DNA from: Dehalococcoidia bacterium
GTDB taxonomy: Bacteria > Chloroflexota > Dehalococcoidia > Lucifugimonadales > Australimonadaceae
Direction: 5' to 3'
Assembly (NCBI GenBank): GCA_965206315.1
Contig: OZ242210.1
Span: 1,474,822-1,538,821, forward strand
Length of the DNA: 64,000 nucleotides
Part shown: piece by piece, positions 1-8,997 of the stretch
How the letters are laid out: each line of letters starts with the position of its first letter
Position numbering within the stretch: the first letter of the stretch is position 1
Translations under genes and position numbers: made by a program
The notes under the pieces: model-generated
Told to the model about the DNA's origin: nothing
What the model saw: only the letters and a program-made list of their open reading frames with translations
The model's database searches: none

Positions 1-1
1 G

Positions 2-700
2 TGCGCGACCGTCGCCGCCACCATCTTTGTGAACCCCACGCAGTTCGGCCCCAATGAGGACCTCGACCGCTACCCGCGCTCGCTCGCCGCCGACCTCGCG
101 CTGCTGGAGCAGGAGGGCGTCGACTGCGTCTTCACGCCCTCGGTCGACGAGATGTACCCGGCGGGCTTCACGACTACCGTCCACCTGGACGGCCCCGCGC
201 TGCCGCTGGAAGGCGAGGCCCGCCCCGGACACTTCGACGGCGTCGCCACGGTCGTGGCTAAACTCCTGCTGCAGTCGCTGCCGGACCGCGCCTACCTCGG
301 ACGCAAGGACGGCCAGCAGACCGCCGTCGTCCGGCGGCTCGTGCGTGACCTCGACATCCCCACGGAGATAGTCATCGTTCCCACGGTGCGCGAGCCGGAC
401 GGTCTTGCGATGAGCAGCCGCAACGCTTACCTGTCGCCGGAGCAGCGCTCCGCAGCGCCGGTCGTCTTCCGCGCACTCTCCGCATCGCGCGACCGCTTCC
501 ACGCCGGACAGCAGGACATCGCTGAGCTGGAGGGGGCGGCACGTCGCATGATCGAGGCGTCGCCCCTGGCGTCGGTCGAATACGTCGCAGGCGTCGACCC
601 CGACACGATGGAACCGTGGGACGGGCGCGGCCCGTGCATGCTCGCCGCCGCCGTCCGCATCGGCAGCGTACGCCTCATCGACAACGTCATCCTCGACTGA
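2..700 (+). CDS. panC: pantoate--beta-alanine ligase, C-terminal part (5' end lies outside the window)
   Basis: The frame is open from the window edge. It carries TIFVNPTQFGPNEDLDRYPR and AMSSRNAYLSPEQR, both PanC hallmark motifs. Confidence 0.9.
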   Translation, partial: CATVAATIFVNPTQFGPNEDLDRYPRSLAADLALLEQEGVDCVFTPSVDEMYPAGFTTTVHLDGPALPLEGEARPGHFDGVATVVAKLLLQSLPDRAYLGRKDGQQTAVVRRLVRDLDIPTEIVIVPTVREPDGLAMSSRNAYLSPEQRSAAPVVFRALSASRDRFHAGQQDIAELEGAARRMIEASPLASVEYVAGVDPDTMEPWDGRGPCMLAAAVRIGSVRLIDNVILD

Positions 701-702
701 TT

Positions 703-905
703 CTCCGTCGTTCCTGCGCAGGCAGGAACCTCGCTCCCTGTCCGCCCCCCTCGCCCCTTGGGAGAGGGCAACGCGCTTTAGCGTGGGTGAGGGTCAGTGG
801 TGCGGGGCGTGTCATCCCGAGCGAAGCGCAGCGGAGCCGAGGGATCTCTCGGGTGCCTGGTCCCTTCCCCCTTGATGGGGGAAGGTTAGGATGGGGGTGA
901 CCTTG
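703..905. repeat. Intergenic cluster of hairpin REP-like repeats (families C, A, 'gtcatcccgagcgaagcg' and D)
   Basis: Contains ttcctgc-gcag-gcaggaa (711-728), ccctcgcccc..gggagaggg..gggtgaggg, gtcatcccgagcgaagcgcagcggagccgagggatc, and ccttccccc-ttgat-gggggaagg. The same units recur at 4160-4365, 10855-10880, 49110-49140, 54913-54962 and 55660-55700. Confidence 0.8.
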
Positions 906-927
906 GAGCGCGGGTAGAGCGCTTCCC

Positions 928-2196
928 CTAGATCTCGCGTGTCAGCGTCGCGAGGAACTCCTGGTTGCTCTTCGTGCGGCTCATCCGCTCGATGACGCGC
1001 TCCGCCGCCTCGGACGGGTTCATCGCGTCTGTCGAGATGAGCGAGCTCATCCGCCGCAGCAGGTACACCTGACGCAGCGTCAGCTCGTCCAGCAGCAACT
1101 CCTCGCGGCGCGTGCCGGAGCGCTGGATGTCGATCGACGGGAACGTGCGCCGCTCGGCGAGGCGGCGATCCAGGTGCAGCTCCATGTTGCCGGTGCCCTT
1201 GAACTCCTCGTAGATGACGTCGTCCATGCGGCTGCCGGTCTCAACCAGGCACGCGGCGAGCACGGTCAGGCTCCCCGCCTCCTCCGTGTTCCGCGCCGCG
1301 CCGAAGAAGCGCTTGGGCGGGTAGAGCGCCACCGGGTCGATGCCGCCGGAGAGCGTGCGCCCGCTCGTCGGCACCGCGACGTTGTACGCGCGGGTGAGGC
1401 GCGTGATCGAGTCGAGCAGCACGACCACGTCGCGACCGTCCTCGACGAGCCGCTTGGCGCGCTCCAGGCACAGCTCCGCGACGCGGCAGTGGTCCTCGAC
1501 CGGCTCGTCGAACGTCGCGCTGTACACCTCGCCGTCCACGGAGCGCTTGATGTCGGTCACTTCCTCGGGACGCTCGCCGATGAGCGCAACCATGATCTGG
1601 ATGTCCGAGTAGTTCGCCGTGATGCCGGAAGCTATCTGCTTGAGTAGCGTCGTCTTGCCCGCCTTGGGCGCCGCGACGATGAGCCCGCGCTGGCCACGTC
1701 CCACCGGAGCGAGGATGTCCATCATCCGGGTGGAGACCTCGTGTGCGGTGGTCTCGAGTTTGATCTGCGTGTCGGGGAAGATGGGCGTGAGGCGCTCGAA
1801 GCTCTTGCGGCGTCGCGCGACCACGGGGTCGAGGCCGTTGATCGACTCGACCTTCGTGAGGCCGTGGTAGCGCTCCGACTCCTTCGGCGTGCGCACCTGC
1901 CCCAGCACGAGGTCGCCGGTGCGGAGTCCGTAACGCCGCACCTGCGTCTGGGAGACGTACGTGTCGGTCATGCTGCGCGAGCGTCCGTTGTGGCGGAGGA
2001 AGCCGTAGCCGTCCGGCAGCACTTCCAGCACGCCGCTCGCGAGCTGATGGTCCTGGCTCTCCGCCCACGACGTGAGCACCCCGTAGAGGAGGGCGTCGTG
2101 GGTCCGGGGCGGCGGACCTTCCCGCTCAGGCTCCATCTCGTTGAGGAGCGCAAGCAACTGCTCAGATGTCTTGGACTGGAGTTCCGCGAGGTTCAT
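928..2196 (-). CDS. rho: transcription termination factor Rho
   Basis: 422-aa ORF with an N-terminal [15 protein letters not shown], an RNA-binding [14 protein letters not shown], a Walker [12 protein letters not shown], and C-terminal [17 protein letters not shown]. Confidence 0.95.
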   Translation of the reverse strand: MNLAELQSKTSEQLLALLNEMEPEREGPPPRTHDALLYGVLTSWAESQDHQLASGVLEVLPDGYGFLRHNGRSRSMTDTYVSQTQVRRYGLRTGDLVLGQVRTPKESERYHGLTKVESINGLDPVVARRRKSFERLTPIFPDTQIKLETTAHEVSTRMMDILAPVGRGQRGLIVAAPKAGKTTLLKQIASGITANYSDIQIMVALIGERPEEVTDIKRSVDGEVYSATFDEPVEDHCRVAELCLERAKRLVEDGRDVVVLLDSITRLTRAYNVAVPTSGRTLSGGIDPVALYPPKRFFGAARNTEEAGSLTVLAACLVETGSRMDDVIYEEFKGTGNMELHLDRRLAERRTFPSIDIQRSGTRREELLLDELTLRQVYLLRRMSSLISTDAMNPSEAAERVIERMSRTKSNQEFLATLTREI

Positions 2197-2371
2197 GCAG
2201 CGACTTCTCCGATGCTATGCGATGCGCGTGCGCGCACTCGCGCGCCTTGCGCCACAGGGATATGCGTACTGGTGAGTGGTGTATGAGCCGTAGATGGGGT
2301 TTGTACTGCCTGGCGGGTTCCGGGGGACTGGCGCGAAGCAGGATGCATCCGAACGATGCGTTGACTGTCTT

Positions 2372-2401
2372 AGTTTACCCGTGCATGCAACACGGTTGCA
2401 A
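2372..2401 (-). promoter_or_regulatory. candidate sigma70-type promoter for rho (TTGCAA-18-TAAACT on the minus strand)
   Basis: ttgcaa lies at 2396-2401 and agttta (reverse complement of TAAACT) at 2372-2377. This would give a leader of about 170 nt. Pattern match only. Confidence 0.3.
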
Positions 2402-2445
2402 CCCCTCTCCACCGCATTACCACGCCATTCCCGCCCCTCGCCCCA

Positions 2446-4146
2446 TCACGCCCCGTTGCCCATCGGCAGTTCGGGTTGCGCGCCCTCGCGCATGACGTGC
2501 GTCGCCGCGGCGGCGAACTCGCGGAACAGCGGGTGTGGCTGCTCCGGGCGCGAGCGGAACTCCGGGTGGAACTGCACCCCCACCATGAACGGGTGCTTCT
2601 CCAGCTCCACGATCTCGACGAGCGTGCCGTCCGGAGAGAGGCCGGATGCGAGCATCCCCGCCTCGTAGAGCGTTTCCCGGTACGCGTTGTTGAACTCGAA
2701 CCGATGCCGGTGGCGCTCGTTCACCTCCGGCGTGCCGTAGGCCTTCGCGGCCCTGGAACCGTGCGCCAGCACGCACGGGTAGTTGCCGAGGCGCATCGTC
2801 CCGCCCATGTCGTTGACGCTCCGCTGGTCGAGCATCAGGTCGATCACCGGGTCCGGCGTCTCCGGATCGAACTCGGTCGAGTTCGCGCCCGTGAGGCCGA
2901 GGACGTTCCGTGCGTGCTCGATGACCATAACCTGCATGCCGAGGCACAGCCCGAGGTACGGTAATTGACGCTCGCGCGCGTAGCGTACCGCCTGGATCAT
3001 CCCCTCGACCCCCCGGCTGCCGAAGCCGCCCGGCACCACGATGCCGAGCGTGTGGCTGAGCCACGCGTCCGGACCGTCGCGCTCGATGTCCTCCGAGCGC
3101 ACCCAGTCGATGCTCACGTCGCGATCGTGGTACAGCGACGCGTGACGCAGCGCCTCGCGGACCGACAGGTACGCGTCCGGCAGGTCGGCGTACTTGCCCA
3201 CGACCGCGATCGGTAGCGGCCCGTGCGGGTTCGCCATGCGCTCCGTCATCGCCTCCCAGCGCGACAGCCCGTTGCCGTTGCGCGGCGCGAGGCCCAGCTC
3301 ACGCACGAGGATCTCGCCGACGCCCTCCTGTTCGAGCACGAGCGGGGCCTCGTAGATGTTGGACAGCGTCTCCATCGGAATGACCGCGTCCGGGGCCACG
3401 TCGCAGAAGAGCGCTATCTTTTCCTTAATTGAATGGGGGATCGGATGGTCGGACCGACAGATGATGGCGTCCGGCTGGATGCCTATCGCGCGAAGCTCTT
3501 TAACGGAGTGCTGCGTCGGCTTCGTCTTCAGCTCCCCCGTCGCCCCGATGTACGGCAGAAGCGTGACGTGCACGTAGAACGTGTTGCCGCGACCCACCGC
3601 CATCCGCATCTGGCGTATCGCCTCGAGGAACGGCTGACCCTCGATGTCGCCGACCGTACCCCCGACCTCGACCAGCACGACGTCCGGCGCGCCTTCTCCC
3701 TTGTCCCCCCCATCATGTGCATCCTGTCCATCGATGTAAGTTCTTTCCTCCCGCTGCGCCCGAAGCATGAACTCCTTGATGACGTTCGTCACGTGCGGCA
3801 CCGTCTGGATCGTGCCCCCGAGGTGATCGCCGCGACGCTCCTCCCCGAGCAGCTGCGTGTACACCTGCCCCGCCGTGATGTTCGAGTTCGACGTCAGCTC
3901 GATGTCGATGAAACGCTCGTAGTGCCCCAGGTCGAGGTCCGTCTCGCACCCGTCACGCGTCACGAACACCTCCCCGTGCTGGTACGGCGACATCGTCCCC
4001 GGGTCGACGTTCAGGTACGGGTCGAGCTTCTGCACCGCCACCGTCAGCCCCCGGCTCTTCAGGATGCGCCCGATCGCCGCCGCGCAGATCCCCTTCCCGA
4101 TCGAGCTCACCACGCCCCCCGTCACGAAGATGTACTTCGTCGTCAT
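2446..4146 (-). CDS. pyrG: CTP synthase
   Basis: MTTKYIFVTGGVVSSIGKG at the N-terminus and a GATase domain (LGLCLGMQ, HRHRFE). Start is set at the ATG at 4146. The 51 further upstream codons in the ORF track translate REP repeats. Confidence 0.95.
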   Translation of the reverse strand: MTTKYIFVTGGVVSSIGKGICAAAIGRILKSRGLTVAVQKLDPYLNVDPGTMSPYQHGEVFVTRDGCETDLDLGHYERFIDIELTSNSNITAGQVYTQLLGEERRGDHLGGTIQTVPHVTNVIKEFMLRAQREERTYIDGQDAHDGGDKGEGAPDVVLVEVGGTVGDIEGQPFLEAIRQMRMAVGRGNTFYVHVTLLPYIGATGELKTKPTQHSVKELRAIGIQPDAIICRSDHPIPHSIKEKIALFCDVAPDAVIPMETLSNIYEAPLVLEQEGVGEILVRELGLAPRNGNGLSRWEAMTERMANPHGPLPIAVVGKYADLPDAYLSVREALRHASLYHDRDVSIDWVRSEDIERDGPDAWLSHTLGIVVPGGFGSRGVEGMIQAVRYARERQLPYLGLCLGMQVMVIEHARNVLGLTGANSTEFDPETPDPVIDLMLDQRSVNDMGGTMRLGNYPCVLAHGSRAAKAYGTPEVNERHRHRFEFNNAYRETLYEAGMLASGLSPDGTLVEIVELEKHPFMVGVQFHPEFRSRPEQPHPLFREFAAAATHVMREGAQPELPMGNGA

Positions 4147-4159
4147 ACGACACCCCACC

Positions 4160-4365
4160 TTCGTCGTTCCTGCGGAGGCAGGAACCTCGCCTCTGGTGGG
4201 GCAGGGGAGCGGGCGGCCTGGTCCCTTCCCCCTTGATGGGGGAAGGTTAGGATGGGGGTGAACGCGGCGTAGCGGGGTAGGGTGGAGCGGTGTGCCCAAC
4301 TCCCCTCGCCCCCTGGGAGAGGGAAACGCGCAACAGCGCGAGGGTGAGGGTCGCGTGGGTGAGGC
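4160..4365. repeat. REP-like repeat cluster (families C, D, A)
   Basis: Contains cgttcctgcggaggcaggaacctcgc, ggtcccttcccccttgatgggggaaggttaggatgggggtga, and ccctcgccccctgggagagggaaacgcgcaacagcgcgagggtgagggt. Confidence 0.8.
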
Positions 4366-4515
4366 GTCGGGTCGACAACGAAAGAGGGGACACTACGCCG
4401 CAGGTGGCTCGCCACCGATCTCGAGCGCGGCGTCGTCGCTTGCACGCAGCGATTCTAGGCACCGCTGGCGCCGAGTGTCAATCGACGCGTCCCTGCAACC
4501 CCGCACACTGGCGCA

Positions 4516-4545
4516 TTGACACATCACGCCCCACGCTGGTAGAAA
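4516..4545 (+). promoter_or_regulatory. candidate promoter of surface-protein paralog 1 (TTGACA-18-TGgTAGAAA, extended -10)
   Basis: TTGACA at 4516-4521 and TAGAAA at 4540-4545, preceded by TGg. The same two boxes occur upstream of paralog 2 (12507-12535), although the spacer sequence differs. Confidence 0.5.
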
Positions 4546-4759
4546 GAACCTTGCGTGTTGACGCAGGCACATACGCGAGGCGATTGGCCGGAACTGCCCT
4601 TTGCATCCTATTGCAAGGGCGGCGGCTCTCGTTGGACAATAGCATCCCTGCCATGCCGCGCAGCACTTTGCGCGCACGCAGACACAGACGAATAACGGAC
4701 CACCCTGCTCTCGGAGAGAGCGCCAAGCCCAAGACTACAGCTCCATAAGGGGGGTAGAA
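4546..4759 (+). promoter_or_regulatory. long conserved 5' leader of surface-protein paralog 1 (structured 5' UTR candidate)
   Basis: Nearly identical to 12536-12749, with 3 mismatches across 4535-4831. Hairpins at 4549-4567, 4596-4620, 4648-4663 and 4707-4721. SD aagggggg lies just before the GTG at 4760. Confidence 0.5.
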
Positions 4760-7700
4760 GTGAGATTCACCAAGATTCCGCTCATAGCGACATTGATGGC
4801 AGTGGCGCTCTCGCTGCTCATCGTTCTCCCGACGCTGGCTCAGGTCAGCGGCGACCGAACCGACGGCCGGCTCTCCGCCGGCGACTGGATCGACGTCCGC
4901 GTCGCCGACAACATCGACGACCTCAACAACACGCCGGATGAAGCTACTCCGGCCCCTGCGAACATCGGCAACAACGATGATGCGTGGGCCACCGCCACTG
5001 GCGGCGGAGCCTTCAACGCGCGGGACACCTACTTCGACGGCACCCTCTACGTCTCCAACAAGGACGATGCCTACAACACCATCCTCATCACCGCAAAGGT
5101 GAGCGGCACTGGGAACCTCCAGGCTTCGGGCCCGTCCGGTCGTGGAGATGACGCAGCTACTGAGGACAACCCCGACACACCAGCAGTCGAAAACGACGAG
5201 AGTGTGGTCGACTGTTACGATTCGGCTAACGGCGGCGTTGCCATCGCGACCGTCAGGAACAGCCGCAGCAACACCCCGGTCACGGCATTCCTCTTCCCGA
5301 CGAATGAAGATGAAGGCGGCACAGAGATTTACCAGGGTGTAGTCGCCATCCTTGACCAGGAAGACGCCATCGGGCCCCACAACGGCCCTTGTGCCGCCGA
5401 CCAGGTCGAGCCTGAACTCTACTTGGGCTCGGGCGAGCAGATTCTTGACGCCGACCGTGACATCGAGCCCGACCCGGTAGACGACCCCGCCACGGAAAAC
5501 GTCAACGAGCGCACCGTGGCCATCCGCGGCTACAACGACCCCGGCAACGATGACGGCTGGACGCACGCCAGCATGGCGGTGCTCCCCGCCCGCGACGGCG
5601 ACACCCTCACCATCACCGTGAAGGGCGTCTCCGGCTCCGTCCGCCTCGTCGTCGACGGCGCAGCGCCCGAGATCGAGGACGTCTCCCCCGCCTCCGGCGG
5701 CACCCAGAGCAGCACCAGCATCGACCTCGGCTTCACCGTCAGCGACGACGGCTCCGGCATCCGCTACGACGGCGAGTCCGGCGTGAGCGGCGACCCCGAC
5801 CTGACCCCCCACAACGGCGACCGCGACCAGCGCTTTGACGAGCCGATCACGAAGGTGGGCGCTGGCCAGGACCTCACCACTAGTCCCCCCACCTACGTCG
5901 CGGGCGACGGCAGCACCGAAGACATTATGGTGCTCTACGACGACGACGACTCGGGCATGACCATGCAGTATCTCATCAACACCAACTGCGCTAACGGCGG
6001 CACCCAGACGAGTGAGGCCCAGTGTGAATCGGGCGGGACCACGTACGACAACGACTCCAACTCCGCCTACACCGGCTACCTCATCAACTTCGACGCCGCT
6101 GACGATGTCTCCGCGTACGGCAGCAACGGCTGGACGCAGGGTATGAGGGGCGTTACGTACGACCTCGACATGCGCCTCGTGGGCCAGGGCTTCGGCGAGT
6201 ACTTCTGGCAGGTTACCGCCAAGGACCGCGTCGGCAACATGGCCATCACCGACTCCGACGAGGACGACCCCGGCGCACAGCCCTACTCCTTCAAGGTCGA
6301 CGACGAGGGCCCGATGGTCCCGGACGAGGGCGCGCGCACCGGCATCGGCTACGAGCCCGGTGAGGGCGAGTTCAAGAGCCGCTCCTGGATCGCTCTCAGG
6401 TTCGTCAACGAGGACCAGGGCGATGCCGACCGCATCGACGCGGGCACCGTGGAGCCGGGCGACTTCACGGTCGAGGGCCACACGGTCATGAGCGTCGTCG
6501 TCCCGAGCGACAAGAAGGTCTGCAAAGAGGACGACCCGGCGACGGAAGAGGAAGAAGACGCCAAGAACATCGATTCTTTCGATTCCGGTTGTGACTTCGA
6601 GCCCCGCGCACGCATCTACCTGGAACTGGCGGACGCACTCGACTCCGACGAGACGCCCACCATCCAGCTGCTCGGCGGCGTCTTCAAGGACATCGCCGGC
6701 AACAACAACGTCACGCAGTCGCTCGAAAACGTGCAGGACAAGATCGCACCGGGCGTGAGCATCACGATCACCAGCGACAGCGGCGCGACCGGCCGCACCG
6801 CCACGGACGACGAAGGCTCCTTCACCGTGCGCGTCACCTCGGACGAGGATCTGCGCACCTTCCCGCGCCTCTTCTTCGCCACCCTCGAGGGCGAGGCGGA
6901 CGTCGACGATGGCGTCGGCGGCACAGCAAGTAACCTCGTGATCAGGGAAGCGACCACCACCCCACCGGACGGCAAGGAGCTGACCGAGAAGGAATCGAAC
7001 GTCTGGGAGAAGTCGTTCGAGGACGATGACATCGAGGGCGACGACGACCGGATCGTGGCGGTCGTCATCACCGCCGAGGACGAGGAAGGCAACAGCGGCA
7101 ACAGCGCCGGCTGGAAGGACAGCGACAGCAACGGCATCCCGAGTGCGGGCGACTCGCTCGACTTCAAGAAGCTGGACGCCGGCGGCTTCCTCCTGGAGAT
7201 CGACAGCGCCTTGGCGGCGGCGGAGATCGAGGTGCTGCCGTCCACCGACCCCGGTGAAGTCACGGACGAGACGGAGAGCCCGAACCCGTACATCCAGATC
7301 ACCTTCAGTGAACAGGATGAATACGGGATCCGCGTCACCGACGACAAGGGCACCACGGCCGAGAACGCCCCGGCAGTGGGGGACCCGGACTACGATGCCA
7401 ACTACGACCCGACCGACGACGACGAGAGGGGTACGTCCAGGAAGATAGACATCGGTGACGGTGACACGGCGAGGACGGACTCGCACCGCAGCGTCGAGAT
7501 TACGGCGATCACGCTCAACGGCAACGACATGCTGGCCGATATCGTCCAGGTCGACCCGTGGAAGTACGTGCTCGCGGTCACCGGCCTCGAGATCGGCGAG
7601 TACGAACTCGTCTACTCGGCCCGGGACGACGTCGGCAACGACGTCGAGGACGAGGACGAGACGTTCGAGGTGCTCGAGCGCCAGCCGTACGACATCGAGC

Positions 7701-8215
7701 TCCAGCCCGGCTGGAACCTCATCTCCCTCCCCGGCGACCCGTTCAACCCCGCCGTGGGCAGCGTCATCGGCGCCGACCTCAGGGCCGACACCGTCCTCGG
7801 CTACCAGGGCGGCGAGTGGGTCACCGCCGTCAAGAACGACGACGGCCGCTGGCAGGGCACGCTGGTCGACATCGTGGGTGGCTACGGCTACTGGGTGCGG
7901 ACCACCGCGGTCGAGACCATCGAGGTCGTGATTCCGCCCATCCTGCCGACCTCTAACCTGCCGACCGTGCCCGTGGTCTCCGGGTGGAACCTGCTGGGCG
8001 TCGTGGACGCAGACCAGACGAACATCGGCAACGAAGGCGACAGCGAAGACGCTGACGAGTACTTCACCAGCCTGAACACCTGGCGTGTGGCCTACAGCTT
8101 CGCGACCCAGCAGAACCAGTGGTCCAAGCTGCTGCCCGGCCAGGCCGACCACATGGTGGAGAACGGCAAGGGCTACTGGGTCTGGGTCACCCGCCCGGGC
8201 ACCCTCGTCCCGTAA
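4760..8215 (+). CDS. large acidic secreted protein, surface-layer-like family, paralog 1 (1151 aa)
   Basis: GTG start preceded by an SD. Signal peptide MRFTKIPLIATLMAVALSLLIVLPTLAQ. D/E/T-rich. The order of conserved blocks is shared with 12750-15677, 15805-19398 and 40184-43228, and the protein ends NGKGYWVWVTRPGTLVP. Confidence 0.85.
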   Translation: MRFTKIPLIATLMAVALSLLIVLPTLAQVSGDRTDGRLSAGDWIDVRVADNIDDLNNTPDEATPAPANIGNNDDAWATATGGGAFNARDTYFDGTLYVSNKDDAYNTILITAKVSGTGNLQASGPSGRGDDAATEDNPDTPAVENDESVVDCYDSANGGVAIATVRNSRSNTPVTAFLFPTNEDEGGTEIYQGVVAILDQEDAIGPHNGPCAADQVEPELYLGSGEQILDADRDIEPDPVDDPATENVNERTVAIRGYNDPGNDDGWTHASMAVLPARDGDTLTITVKGVSGSVRLVVDGAAPEIEDVSPASGGTQSSTSIDLGFTVSDDGSGIRYDGESGVSGDPDLTPHNGDRDQRFDEPITKVGAGQDLTTSPPTYVAGDGSTEDIMVLYDDDDSGMTMQYLINTNCANGGTQTSEAQCESGGTTYDNDSNSAYTGYLINFDAADDVSAYGSNGWTQGMRGVTYDLDMRLVGQGFGEYFWQVTAKDRVGNMAITDSDEDDPGAQPYSFKVDDEGPMVPDEGARTGIGYEPGEGEFKSRSWIALRFVNEDQGDADRIDAGTVEPGDFTVEGHTVMSVVVPSDKKVCKEDDPATEEEEDAKNIDSFDSGCDFEPRARIYLELADALDSDETPTIQLLGGVFKDIAGNNNVTQSLENVQDKIAPGVSITITSDSGATGRTATDDEGSFTVRVTSDEDLRTFPRLFFATLEGEADVDDGVGGTASNLVIREATTTPPDGKELTEKESNVWEKSFEDDDIEGDDDRIVAVVITAEDEEGNSGNSAGWKDSDSNGIPSAGDSLDFKKLDAGGFLLEIDSALAAAEIEVLPSTDPGEVTDETESPNPYIQITFSEQDEYGIRVTDDKGTTAENAPAVGDPDYDANYDPTDDDERGTSRKIDIGDGDTARTDSHRSVEITAITLNGNDMLADIVQVDPWKYVLAVTGLEIGEYELVYSARDDVGNDVEDEDETFEVLERQPYDIELQPGWNLISLPGDPFNPAVGSVIGADLRADTVLGYQGGEWVTAVKNDDGRWQGTLVDIVGGYGYWVRTTAVETIEVVIPPILPTSNLPTVPVVSGWNLLGVVDADQTNIGNEGDSEDADEYFTSLNTWRVAYSFATQQNQWSKLLPGQADHMVENGKGYWVWVTRPGTLVP

Positions 8216-8298
8216 CCCCGCCGCTCCCGAGCGGAGGCCCGCGCCTCACCGCGCAGCCTCCGCCCTGGCGGGTGACCCCGCCACAGCGACACACAACA

Positions 8299-8326
8299 GA
8301 GCCCCCTCCCCCAACGGAGGGGGCTC
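8299..8326 (+). terminator. GC-rich hairpin downstream of paralog 1 (gagccccctcc-cccaac-ggagggggctc)
   Basis: Perfect 11-bp stem about 85 nt after the stop codon. No T-tract. Confidence 0.4.
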
Positions 8327-8339
8327 CGCTGTCCCCCCG

Positions 8340-8995
8340 ATCCTGCCTCCCCTCATCGGCGCTAGCGCGCCCGCCCTCACCCGCCGGGAACACCCTCACC
8401 CACGCACTTTCAGTGCGCTCCCTCTCCCAGAGGGCGAGGGTAGGGAACCGGGCCCCCTCTGAGTGAGGGTCCCCCCCAGGACGCGGGGCAATAGCCCCCG
8501 TCATTCCAGCGAACGCGGGAATCCAGTGGCCTGGCCCCCCGGACGCGGGGCACAGCCCCCGTCATTCTCGCGAAGGCGGGAATCCAGAAGAAGAGCGGAG
8601 CGATGCCGGTCTGACCCCTCGCCCCCTGTGGTGAGGCGCGGTGGGTGTTCCTACCCCTCGCCCCCTGGGAGAGGGAAACGCGCGCCAGCGCGAGGGTGAG
8701 GGCCAACGTGTGACACGCACCCATTGCGCGGACCCGCCCCCATGCCCCACCATGGAACGCGACACCCAACCGAATACCGGACCGACACCCTCGCGGACGA
8801 GCCGCGGGAAAGGGCGCAAAGCCTCCTGAGAGCCAGGAGGCTTTTCCCTTTAAACCCTCACCCGCCACTTCGTGCCTCCCTCTCCCCCAGGGCGAGGGGG
8901 GGAACCGGGGGCCTCCCTGTCTGGCCCCTCGCCCCCTGGGAGAGGGCAACGCGCCTTGGCGTGTGGGTGAGGGTCAATTAATCGGTGGAGAAGAC
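8340..8995. repeat. large mosaic REP-like repeat array
   Basis: Successive units of families B (gcgcccgccctcacccgcc...ccctctccc), E (gtcattccagcgaacgcgggaatccag; gtcattctcgcgaaggcgggaatccag) and A (ccctcgccccctgggagagggaaacgcgcgccagcgcgagggtgaggg). A unique segment at about 8700-8850 interrupts the array. Confidence 0.8.
8818..8851 (+). terminator. intrinsic-terminator-like hairpin with T-rich tail (aaagcctcctg-agagc-caggaggcttt-tccctttaaa)
   Basis: 11-bp stem followed by a T-rich tail, which is unusual in this GC-rich window. It closes a non-repeat segment of about 150 nt. Confidence 0.45.
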
Positions 8996-8997
8996 CT

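Noticed and set aside
4147-4299. N-terminal extension of pyrG in the ORF track. The same issue affects ccmA (to 55192), korB (to 57027), korA (to 58481), bioY (from 20258) and the helicase (from 31555).
   Set aside because: The extensions translate REP repeats or overlap upstream genes. Internal starts with SDs give canonical N-termini.
4393-4677. Cys-rich ORF antisense to the conserved leader (MRAKCCAAWQGCYCP...), also present at 12449-12667.
   Set aside because: It is conserved only because the underlying nucleotide sequence is nearly identical. It has no SD, and there is no independent evidence of coding.
4478-8152. 1224-aa ORF antisense to surface-protein paralog 1. Similar long antisense or alternate-frame ORFs occur at 13167-15749, 15622-17373, 17542-18687, 39740-41227 and 41840-42628.
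   Set aside because: Long open frames on the opposite strand are expected in genes with this G+C content. The translations are low-complexity (V/G/A/R/D-rich) with no recognisable motifs. The sense frames have SDs, signal peptides and paralog support.
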